Shown: positions 9,551-18,871, numbered from the stretch's first letter. The stretch is 32,000 nucleotides of DNA from Candidatus Lokiarchaeum ossiferum (GCA_025839675.1 CP104013.1:3180001-3212000), one strand, 5' to 3'. Numbers and translations are program-made. Notes: generated from the sequence alone by a model not told the origin.

Positions 9551-9623
9551 TGGACCTAGGGGAATTTGAATCCCCGACCCCCTGAGTGCAAGTCAGGTGC
9601 TCTACCAACTGAGCCATAGGCCC
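9551..9623 (-). tRNA. tRNA-Ala (anticodon UGC)
   Basis: The minus strand reads GGGCCTA-TG-GCTC-AGTTGGTA-GAGC-A-CCTGA-CTTGCAC-TCAGG-GGGTC-GGGGA-TTCAAAT-TCCCC-TAGGTCC-A (73 nt). It carries the G3:U70 alanine identity pair. CCA is not encoded, and CTTTT follows. Confidence 0.95.
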
Positions 9624-9675
9624 TATTGAAAATAAAATTAAAAATACAAAAATTATTACAGTTCTCTAAAGAGAA

Positions 9676-9700
9676 AAGTAGGGTCGTTATGACCCTACTT
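9676..9700 (-). other. perfect 10-bp hairpin immediately 3' of 16S, followed by a U-rich tract
   Basis: On the plus strand, AAGTAGGGTC (9676-9685) and GACCCTACTT (9691-9700) are exact reverse complements around a 5-nt loop. In the RNA sense the hairpin is followed by TTTCTCTTT and, further on, by T5, T5 and T4 runs before the tRNA. Confidence 0.6.
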
Positions 9701-9708
9701 AATGGTGT

Positions 9709-11203
<1,495 letters not shown>

Positions 11204-11762
11204 ATTAATTCGTTCTCGATCCTTCCAAATGTTAAATTATCTCGCTATCGTTATAAACTTAAGTTTAAGAATTGGCAGGTTAACTCAGAGAGTTTACCTG
11301 CCCGTTGCTTCGTTGTAACTACATCGGTCCCCCTACTGTGTAAAAGGACTTCATATGTTTTCCCAAGTCGATGGAAAGGAGTGTTTCATATCAATGGCTA
11401 TGCCGTGATCCACACTCACGCCGATAAAGACATGGGTTAGGTATAATCAATTAAATCGATTACAAAATATACAATGAAGATGATAATTTAAACATATCGA
11501 AACTTCATTCTAAAAATCTGAATTTGAATCTTCCCTAATAAATTTTAACATTTCGAGAAAAAAGGGGATCTCTTCCAGCCTCCACTATTTTATTTAAATT
11601 TTTCTGATTGTTATTTTTTTTGGGAAGAGAAAATCAAATATAAATTTAATTCTACTATTTTAATTGAATTGCAATTAACTTTCGATTTTTGTTTTAAAAA
11701 TTTTTGAAGTATTTTAAAAATAAAAAAGGGGAGTAATAATAAACCAGTATCGGTGATATAAA

Positions 11763-12764
11763 ATAAAGCTCCTTGAACAAGTAAAACTTAACTTAGATAA
11801 AATCAAAAACACTAAGGGGGTAGAGAATGTTGTACTAACCCAACGAGATGGCAATCCTATCCAACATTCTGGAATTTGGCTCTCCAAAGATGAAATCTTC
11901 AGCATTTCTGCAGCCACTTCAGCAATATTTAATTGTGGAATTCATCTTCATGACGACAATCTGAAATATATTTTAATAGAGGGAAAGAAAGCTAAGGTAC
12001 TGCTTTCTCCTTTGATGAATTATGGAGGTGAAACATTAAGGAAAATTATTGAAGCTCAAGGACTTCAGGGAAATAATAATGAATTTTTTCTCGCAATTAC
12101 GACACAACAGATGATAAACCTAGGAAGTATATTTCTAAAAACTCGGAACAACATTATAGACATAAAAAAGTCATTGATTTTATCCGGAGAATCTTTTATC
12201 CCCCCTCTTAGACATTTTTCTGAAAAGAAAATTAATGATATGTTTGATTCAATTGATGTTAAGGAAAATTTATCATACAATGATTCAATTGCTTATTTTT
12301 CATTCAATATTTCTAAAGAATTGAATCAAAACTTGACTAATGTCTTAAAAGAATTTTCAAATCATACATTGGATCTAATTGATGCATTTATTACTTATGA
12401 AGGAGGATTTGTAATTGCTGAAAAAATCAATCCAAATATTATGGAATTGATGGATATTGATGCAAAAGCCACAATGAGTTATTCTTTATTTTCGACGGCA
12501 GACAAATGTGCATGGCTTTTGAAAAAAATGCATATAGAATCGATTTTGTTAGAATGCAAGGAATGTTTTCAATTTATAAATAAAGTTGGCAATGGGATCT
12601 TTTCTACAACTATTGCTAAAGGTCGACAAAAATTGGGATTACTAAGATTAATCATACCGAGATATTGTAAAAAAATTGTGGGGATTCTCCAAAATATTAA
12701 TCTCGAAAGTAATTCAGCTAAAATTCCATCATTTCAAGATCTTTTTTCAGAATTAATTATTTAA
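11763..12764 (+). CDS. tandem Roadblock/LC7 (MglB-like) domain protein; N-terminus lacks a canonical start codon
   Basis: The ORF track starts this gene at TTG 12012, but the frame is open from 11757, after TGA 11754-11756. The extra 85 codons encode a textbook Roadblock N-terminus (KLLEQVKLNLDKIKNTKGVENVVLTQRDGNPIQHSGIWLSKDEIFSISAATSAIFNCG...ILIEGKKAKVLLSP). A second Roadblock-like domain lies at ...IDAFITYEGGFVIAEKI...AKATMSYSLFSTADKCAWLL. An SD-like GGTGAT at 11752-11757 sits 5 nt upstream of ATA 11763. Confidence 0.7.
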   Translation: MKLLEQVKLNLDKIKNTKGVENVVLTQRDGNPIQHSGIWLSKDEIFSISAATSAIFNCGIHLHDDNLKYILIEGKKAKVLLSPLMNYGGETLRKIIEAQGLQGNNNEFFLAITTQQMINLGSIFLKTRNNIIDIKKSLILSGESFIPPLRHFSEKKINDMFDSIDVKENLSYNDSIAYFSFNISKELNQNLTNVLKEFSNHTLDLIDAFITYEGGFVIAEKINPNIMELMDIDAKATMSYSLFSTADKCAWLLKKMHIESILLECKECFQFINKVGNGIFSTTIAKGRQKLGLLRLIIPRYCKKIVGILQNINLESNSAKIPSFQDLFSELII

Positions 12765-12780
12765 AAGGAGAGAATATTGA

Positions 12781-13680
12781 TTGAACATAATTGAAATATT
12801 GTCATCTTCAAACATTGAAGAGGTGTCCTTAATTTTTCAAAGCTTATTAAATCGCACTCCAATTTTAATAATAGGTTCAGATGAGTTTATCGTAGAAGAA
12901 CTGATTAATTCCCTAACTAGTTTCATGCCTTTTAGAAATATATTGATATTTTTTGATGATTTTATTCATAATGACGATTATCAGGCACTGATTGAAAATG
13001 AAGAAGTTGATATTGAAACAGAAAGAAATCTTTTTATTTCCTTTCCCAATTCTGTTAACAAGGTCATTAATCTCACTGAAATCTTTTTTTCATGGATAGT
13101 TGGATGCACTGATAATGAAAGAAATCGAAAAGTAAATGAAATAATATGGAATAAATTCTATATCAATCATGATTTTTTTTTAAAAATAGATATCACAGAC
13201 AATAAAATAAAGGCAGAAGTGATAGGTAGGAAATTTCACCCATTAGATTTAACATTTGAAAGATGGTTATTTCAGAATGCAATAAATCGAACTGAAATTT
13301 CCATAGAAAAAATGAAAAGAGTGATTGCAAAAAGCTATAAAAAAAGCAAGATTTCAGAAGCTGATTTAGAAGAACTTATGGATTTTTCGTTTGAAGAATT
13401 AGAGTTAAAAGAAAATATCTTAAAAAAAGAGATCATTAATTTTTTCCAGGCATGTAAAAGAACTTTTAGTGTGCTAAATAGATTAAAAAATATAGAATCT
13501 TTCGGTTTCTCTACTAAAATTTCAACAAGGACAATTTATTCAACAATAGCCTATAAGTTTTCTTCTATTGGGAGAATTTTAGAATTTATTGAAAAAAATT
13601 GGAAAATAAATTTTTTTACACTTCTTGATGCGAAAAAGACATCAAATTTTACTGATACATTTGAAAGTTTATGGGGATAA
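12781..13680 (+). CDS. hypothetical protein (299 aa), middle gene of the GTPase operon
   Basis: TTG start directly follows an in-frame TGA, with GGAG 10 nt upstream. The N-terminal alpha/beta region is ...LLNRTPILIIGSDEFIVEELINSLTSFMPF..., and the C-terminal half is helical and charged. I recognise no named family. Confidence 0.6.
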   Translation: MNIIEILSSSNIEEVSLIFQSLLNRTPILIIGSDEFIVEELINSLTSFMPFRNILIFFDDFIHNDDYQALIENEEVDIETERNLFISFPNSVNKVINLTEIFFSWIVGCTDNERNRKVNEIIWNKFYINHDFFLKIDITDNKIKAEVIGRKFHPLDLTFERWLFQNAINRTEISIEKMKRVIAKSYKKSKISEADLEELMDFSFEELELKENILKKEIINFFQACKRTFSVLNRLKNIESFGFSTKISTRTIYSTIAYKFSSIGRILEFIEKNWKINFFTLLDAKKTSNFTDTFESLWG

Positions 13681-13682
13681 AA

Positions 13683-14258
13683 ATGATTGTTAACTATAAT
13701 GAAAAAAAAATTCAAATCAAAATCGTTTATTATGGCTGTGCCCTCTCAGGAAAAACAACCAGTCTAAAAAGTTTATTTTCAGGCTATGGTAGAAATGATT
13801 TGTTAACTTCGATTGAAACTACAACTGGACGTACACTTTTCTTCGATTTTGGAACACTTCAAATTAAAGGAGGAGAATGGACAGTAAAAATTTCACTCTA
13901 CTCAGCCACAGGTCAAGATTTTTATGCTTCAACTAGACCCGCCACATTATCTGGAGCAGATGGAATAGTATTTATCATAGATTCACAAAAGAAATATCTA
14001 TCGGATAATATTTCTTCATGGAATGAATTGAACAGATATTATCAAAACAGTCTAAATAATATGCCCTTAATTGTTTGTTTAAATAAGCAGGATCTCCCAG
14101 AATTATTGGATACGGATGTAATAATTAAAAATCTTAACCTAAATAGCTACAATAAAGTAGAAATAATTAAAACGATTGCATCAAGGGCAGAAGATGTGCT
14201 TCAAGCTTTTAAAAGGATGTTAGCTCAAATATTTCCGAAAATAACTATCAAGAGTTGA
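13683..14258 (+). CDS. mglA: MglA-family small Ras-like GTPase
   Basis: MIVNYNEKKIQIKIVYYGCALSGKTT aligns with MglA [27 protein letters not shown]. It has GRTLFFDF (switch I Arg), SATGQ (a G3 lacking Asp, as in MglA TVPGQ) and NKQD (G4). The track start at 13671 is in frame, but ATG 13683 matches the family N-terminus and lies 2 nt after the upstream stop. Confidence 0.85.
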   Translation: MIVNYNEKKIQIKIVYYGCALSGKTTSLKSLFSGYGRNDLLTSIETTTGRTLFFDFGTLQIKGGEWTVKISLYSATGQDFYASTRPATLSGADGIVFIIDSQKKYLSDNISSWNELNRYYQNSLNNMPLIVCLNKQDLPELLDTDVIIKNLNLNSYNKVEIIKTIASRAEDVLQAFKRMLAQIFPKITIKS

Positions 14259-14281
14259 ACTTCTATTAAAATCCTCACTGA

Positions 14282-14295
14282 TTTTTTTGATTTTT
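14282..14295 (+). terminator. oligo-T termination signal after the GTPase operon
   Basis: A T7 run (14282-14288) and a T5 run (14291-14295) lie about 25 nt past the stop codon. Archaeal RNA polymerase terminates at oligo-dT tracts. Confidence 0.5.
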
Positions 14296-14669
14296 ATTCG
14301 TTCTCAATTATTTTCTATAATATTGAGATTTCATTTCAAAAAATAATTGTTTATACAATAATTCTTATCCTTTTGTCCTTTCTAATATCAATTACAGAGG
14401 GATTTACTGGAAAAGTCGTTATTTTTCTAATTTTTATGGTGTTGGGCAGTTATTTTTTTTTGGAAATCGAAAAAATTAAAAATTTTAGAATTTTCCTAAG
14501 GATTTTAACTGAAAATAGCTTCTTTTTTAGTTTTCAAGATTTTTTTTTAATGAGAATGACTATTATTGATTTTTATCTACAATTCACAAAATTTATTGTT
14601 CTTTTCTTGTCAATTTTGAATGTCTCTCTCATTTTTTTAGAAATTATTTGAGAATAAGTGATCAACTCC

Positions 14670-14975
14670 TCAAAACTAATCCCTTAATAAATCAAATTTT
14701 CTTGGGTCTTAACACCCATCCAATTGTGCATGAATTAGTGATCTTACGGCTGCTCCATCCCTGGCCTGACCGATTTTGATCTCTAAGCAGATTTCTCTTT
14801 CCCTACAGAAAAAGATTCAACCTAATCCATCTCAAAAAGCAAGTGCATCATTGACAAGTAAGATAATCTTTTTTATTAAAGTTATAATTCTTTAAAGTTT
14901 TCTAAGTCCGCTATAGGCACGGCTCCACTCAATATAGAGTTTCAAGGAATTGCCTAGATTCCCACGATCTAGTAA
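14670..14975 (-). ncRNA. signal recognition particle RNA (7S/SRP RNA); boundaries approximate (+/-30 nt)
   Basis: This is an ORF-free island of about 40% GC. The minus strand at 14772..14741 reads CGGTCAGGCCAGGGATGGAGCAGCCGTAAGAT. That is the helix-8 SRP54-binding motif (E. coli 4.5S has GGUCAGGUCCGGAAGGAAGCAGCC), with identical GGUCAGG/AGCAGCC loops. It also has a GNRA tetraloop (GGGA) and compensatory changes in the apical stem (CCA/UGG versus UCC/GGA). The 5' part has Alu-like hairpins (CTAGAT-CGTGGGA-ATCTAG, and GTGCCTATAG resembling the human GUGCCUGUAG). Confidence 0.75.
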
Positions 14976-14987
14976 CAGAATTTATGG

Positions 14988-14999
14988 ATATTAAAAAAA
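14988..14999 (-). promoter_or_regulatory. putative TATA box for the SRP RNA
   Basis: The minus-strand sequence TTTTTTTAATAT lies about 20-25 nt upstream of the first SRP hairpin, which starts near 14972. Confidence 0.35.
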
Positions 15000-15029
15000 T
15001 TTTCCAAAAAATTTTTGATTTATCTAATT

Positions 15030-16208
15030 TTATCCTATTAAGGCGATTTGACTTTGGTAAAATTTCTGAATTAATTTTGTTTCTAATTCAGATTTTGATA
15101 ATAGTACCATTTTTTTTAACTTAAATAGAACAGTTTTGGTATTCAATTTTTGTATATCACAATTTTTTTCAAGAATGACGATTAGTATCCTCATACGGGA
15201 ATAAAATTTTATTAAAAAATTTGAAAAATCCTTTAAATTTAGTTTTTCTTGAATTAAAATTACACTTTGAAGGGAAGGAATACAGATTTCTCCATCTCCC
15301 TCTTGATTAAATTGAATTTCTTTAGATATCAATATCTTTTTTGTTTTCTCGAGTAATGATTCGTTAATTCTGGAAAGTATTGAACCATCAGTCTGATTTG
15401 GGATATATTCAGAATTTATGAAAGAATTCTCGAAATATGATAGAGATTGAAGCATTAAATCACAATTTTCTATTTTTCTAATATGATTGGTTGTATTTTT
15501 TATAAGATTTAGGAATGTGCGTATACTCAAGTTCTTTTTTTTTAATTGTATATCAATTTCATGAGATTGAACCATTTGGGTAAATTTTTGAATAGATTCA
15601 GGATCAGATGTTTTTAATATCAATATTGGATTAATTTTCGTTTTAATGGTAAATTTGAAAGTTAGAAAAGCATCTATATTTAATGATTCTAGAAGATCCA
15701 AGAAAAAAACTAAATTCGAGTTGGAAAAATTTAGTTTAGTAAATTGAAATATTGCAAAAGATATTTTTTTTGAATTTTCTTGATTAAATAATATAAAGGT
15801 AGAATCACCGTATGCAATTTTACAATTTCTACTTAATTTCTGAAAATTTTCAATTTGCAAGAAAAAATTCTTTTCCAGTTCCTTATTTTCAAGAATACAT
15901 AAATCTTTATTTTCAAAGTCGCACTTTAAAAGAGTTTTAATATTTCTATGGGTTTCAAACACTTCTTTTTTATTTTTACCATCAATATGGAAAAATAATA
16001 CAATTCTTGATGGATTTAAATATAATTTTACCGAGAGAGATGTTTTAACTTGAAATTTCTGAAATGTTTTAAAGATCACTTTCAATCCAGATAAATTTTT
16101 AATTATAACCCCTCGATATGAACTTACTCTTTTTGAATATTCATAGTATAAAATATCATTATTAATAAGAAAACTATCAATTGCGATTTTCTCCTTCCTT
16201 AATAACAC
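15030..16208 (-). CDS. hypothetical protein (392 aa)
   Basis: A long uninterrupted ORF with a GTG start. It has no motif I can assign and no transmembrane segment. It is divergent from tfb. Confidence 0.5.
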   Translation of the reverse strand: MLLRKEKIAIDSFLINNDILYYEYSKRVSSYRGVIIKNLSGLKVIFKTFQKFQVKTSLSVKLYLNPSRIVLFFHIDGKNKKEVFETHRNIKTLLKCDFENKDLCILENKELEKNFFLQIENFQKLSRNCKIAYGDSTFILFNQENSKKISFAIFQFTKLNFSNSNLVFFLDLLESLNIDAFLTFKFTIKTKINPILILKTSDPESIQKFTQMVQSHEIDIQLKKKNLSIRTFLNLIKNTTNHIRKIENCDLMLQSLSYFENSFINSEYIPNQTDGSILSRINESLLEKTKKILISKEIQFNQEGDGEICIPSLQSVILIQEKLNLKDFSNFLIKFYSRMRILIVILEKNCDIQKLNTKTVLFKLKKMVLLSKSELETKLIQKFYQSQIALIG

Positions 16209-16398
16209 ATACTTTAATTTCGAGTTTATTTTTAAATGACTTCAAATTTCTCAATTTTCTTAAAATTTACTTTCACTTTACTCTCAAGCTTCTAGAACCA
16301 ATCATTCAATCAATAGAATAGTATTATCATTCAAGAAGTTTGAAACTTAGGACAATCCATTAAAAATTACAGAATAATTCATCATTTGAGGATTATTT

Positions 16399-17421
16399 AT
16401 GAACAATACATATAAAATTGAGAATTATAAAATCTGTCCTGAATGTCATGGAAGTGTTATTAAAAATCTCCACGAGAATGTTTGTGTCGAATGTGGGTTA
16501 ATAATAAACGATTTACAATTGATGGATAGTTACCAATATAACGAAATAAAGAATACTGATTTATCTGCAGGAGATCAATTCGTTTCAATAGGAAAGACGA
16601 TCGACAATGTTTGCACTTTAGGTAGCCATATAGGATATTACTCAAGTAATTCTTTTTTTGATCACAGAAATATGATATTACCTTCTGCTCAACAAAAAAA
16701 GTTTCGTAAATTAAAAAAACAATATTCTTTACCGATTAAAATAAAAAATCATGAAACAGATTATAGAATACTTGGCATTTTAAACAGAATAACTCAGTAT
16801 ATGAATTTATCAGATAATGTTAAAAATCGTAGTGCCTATTTTTATCAATCCATAAAAAAAAAAGCAACCAACATTAGAAATCATGTATCATTAATCGCAT
16901 TTTGTATATATTATTCATCTCGAGAATTTTCACAGAATGCTCCAATCAGTATTAAAGAAATTTGTAAGGTTTTTACAATTATGGGCCATAGAATCAATCC
17001 AAAATTAATTATTAGAGATAGCATCACCTATAAATGCTTTATTATGAAAAATGAAAAAATAAATCGACCTCATAAAAGTGAAGACTATATTAATAGGTTT
17101 GTAAATTCAATAGTTAATTCTTCTGAAATATGTGTTCGGATGAAGAAAAAAGGGATTTCATGGACAAAGGAAGAATATAAAAGAAAATTAGAAACAAAAT
17201 GCAACTCAACACTTAAATTACTCGATCTGAATGTTCGAAGAGCAAGAAATCCATTTATTTTAGCGGGAGCAGTAATATATTGTGCTGATAAATTGATTGC
17301 AAAAGAAAATAATACAAAAACAATTTTAACCCAAAAATCAGCGTCAAATGCAATGGAAATAGCAGAATATTCAATTAGAGATCATTACGTGAAGATTCTA
17401 AAGCCCATTTTTTTCCCTTAA
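16399..17421 (+). CDS. tfb: transcription initiation factor IIB (TFB)
   Basis: It has an N-terminal zinc ribbon (CPECHGS...CVECGLII), then two cyclin-like helical repeats (...SLIAFCIYYSSRE..., ...FILAGAVIYCADKL...). The protein is 340 aa. Confidence 0.8.
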   Translation: MNNTYKIENYKICPECHGSVIKNLHENVCVECGLIINDLQLMDSYQYNEIKNTDLSAGDQFVSIGKTIDNVCTLGSHIGYYSSNSFFDHRNMILPSAQQKKFRKLKKQYSLPIKIKNHETDYRILGILNRITQYMNLSDNVKNRSAYFYQSIKKKATNIRNHVSLIAFCIYYSSREFSQNAPISIKEICKVFTIMGHRINPKLIIRDSITYKCFIMKNEKINRPHKSEDYINRFVNSIVNSSEICVRMKKKGISWTKEEYKRKLETKCNSTLKLLDLNVRRARNPFILAGAVIYCADKLIAKENNTKTILTQKSASNAMEIAEYSIRDHYVKILKPIFFP

Positions 17422-18749
17422 CACCCTATCAATGAGTGATTTATAAAATCTATAATTTTTAGAGATTTTTTTTGTCCCAGTTTCGCCTCTTTGCAAAGAA
17501 CAGGTACGTAATACAGATTTCTTCCCATATATGGATATTTTTGGTCTTTTTTGAATTCATTAACAAAAACTTCACCTTTCCAGTTCAGCCAACTATGATT
17601 TTTCTTTTTTGAGTAATTTAAATAAACTTTAGATAAATCTTGAGAGCGTTTTTTTATTATTTGACTAGGTAGCTGCTTTAATTTTTTTGCATCAGTATTA
17701 GGTCTAACCGTATATTTTGAAATATTTAAAACTTGAGGTTGCCACTCAGAAATGAATTCTTTTGTTTTTTGATAATCATTTTCTTGTTCAGTAGGATAAC
17801 CGACAATAATATCTGTTCCGAAAGAAAAGAGTGGATCAAATTTTTGAAATTCTTTAATAATCGAATCTACTTGTTCGATTGAATAATGCCGACGCATATT
17901 TGATAAAACCATATTACTTGCAGATTGGATAGGGATATGAAGAAACCGATAAAACCTAGGATCATTAAAAATTTCTTTAAATTCAGTTAAGTTATTTATT
18001 AGATAATCAGGATTCAACATACCCAAACGTATCAGAAATTCTCCTTCGATTTTAGTTATGGCATTCAATAAATCATGCAACTTCTTTCCTTCAAACTTGT
18101 AATTACCCAAATCTTGACTTGTAAAGAAAAACTCTTTTACTCCAGAAAAAGCTAACTTGGAAACTTGAGCAACAATATTGTCAAAATTGAATGAAACTAA
18201 ATTGCCTCTTGCGTTGGTTGTGCAACAATAAGTACAATGGTTATTGCATCCTTCAGAAATTTGAATAATTGCGGATTTTTTACCGTAGGATGAAAAATCG
18301 ATATCGAGACATGATTTATCTCGCATGGGAGTAAATTTTTGGTCGATTTTTTCTGAATTTCCACCATTCTTAATAATATCAACAATATTTCCTATTTTAT
18401 GCGGATGCAATATGAATCCTTTTGGTTTAATTAATTCAGTTATTAGATTTTCAACTTTTAAATCAATCAAAGGTAAACATCCTGTTATAATAAAACTCTT
18501 ATCTGGATAAGTAGATACTAATTTTCTTATTTCAGAGATAATTTTTATTTCAGTAGAATGCTTTACGGCGCAAGTATTAATTATCACATAATCAGAATTT
18601 TCGAGAGTTTCTTTATAAAAATGATGATCATTCATAATTTGTGCAATTTTTAATGAATCTCCAGCATTAAAAGTACAACCATAAGTATGGATACAATAAG
18701 AACTAGTTTGTGTAGAGCTCAAAAGTTTCACTTTCATTTGTAAATTCAA
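17418..18749 (-). CDS. radical-SAM methylthiotransferase (MiaB/RimO superfamily; archaeal MtaB/CDKAL1-like tRNA ms2t6A enzyme)
   Basis: The N-terminal UPF0004-type domain is IHTYGCTFNAGDS...INTCAV. The radical-SAM cluster motif is CNNHCTYCC. The C-terminus is TRAM-like. The protein is 443 aa. Confidence 0.85.
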   Translation of the reverse strand: MNLQMKVKLLSSTQTSSYCIHTYGCTFNAGDSLKIAQIMNDHHFYKETLENSDYVIINTCAVKHSTEIKIISEIRKLVSTYPDKSFIITGCLPLIDLKVENLITELIKPKGFILHPHKIGNIVDIIKNGGNSEKIDQKFTPMRDKSCLDIDFSSYGKKSAIIQISEGCNNHCTYCCTTNARGNLVSFNFDNIVAQVSKLAFSGVKEFFFTSQDLGNYKFEGKKLHDLLNAITKIEGEFLIRLGMLNPDYLINNLTEFKEIFNDPRFYRFLHIPIQSASNMVLSNMRRHYSIEQVDSIIKEFQKFDPLFSFGTDIIVGYPTEQENDYQKTKEFISEWQPQVLNISKYTVRPNTDAKKLKQLPSQIIKKRSQDLSKVYLNYSKKKNHSWLNWKGEVFVNEFKKDQKYPYMGRNLYYVPVLCKEAKLGQKKSLKIIDFINHSLIGC

Positions 18750-18793
18750 TTCAAAATAGATGATAATTTAAAAAACCATTATTAGATAATTAG

Positions 18794-18871
18794 TGGTGCT
18801 TCGACCGGGATTCGAACCCAGGTCTCAAGGGTGAGGGCCTTAAATGCTTGACCAAACTACACTATCGAAGC
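18794..18871 (-). tRNA. tRNA-Glu (anticodon CUC) with genomically encoded CCA
   Basis: The minus strand reads GCTTCGA-TA-GTGT-AGTTTGGTCAA-GCAT-T-TAAGG-CCCTCAC-CCTTG-AGAC-CTGGG-TTCGAAT-CCCGG-TCGAAGC-A-CCA. The anticodon loop has C rather than U at position 33. Confidence 0.85.

Noticed and set aside
672-9700. An 11-mer TGACCCTACTT is repeated in direct orientation at 672-682 and 9690-9700, near tRNA-Ala. I considered these as att sites of an integrated element.
   Set aside because: The interval contains core genes (thermosome, Tsr3, tRNA-Leu, Obg-type GTPase) and no integrase. The repeat does not overlap the tRNA 3' half. The second copy is simply one arm of the post-16S hairpin.
11714-11917. 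67-aa minus-strand ORF
   Set aside because: It is antisense to the clearly Roadblock-encoding N-terminal extension of the 11763-12764 gene.
14373-14651. 92-aa TTG-start ORF (F/I/L-rich)
   Set aside because: Its composition is what an AT-rich non-coding stretch gives in any open frame. It lies after the operon terminator, has no SD, and abuts the 3' end of the SRP RNA. It could still be a small membrane protein, but it is unsupported.
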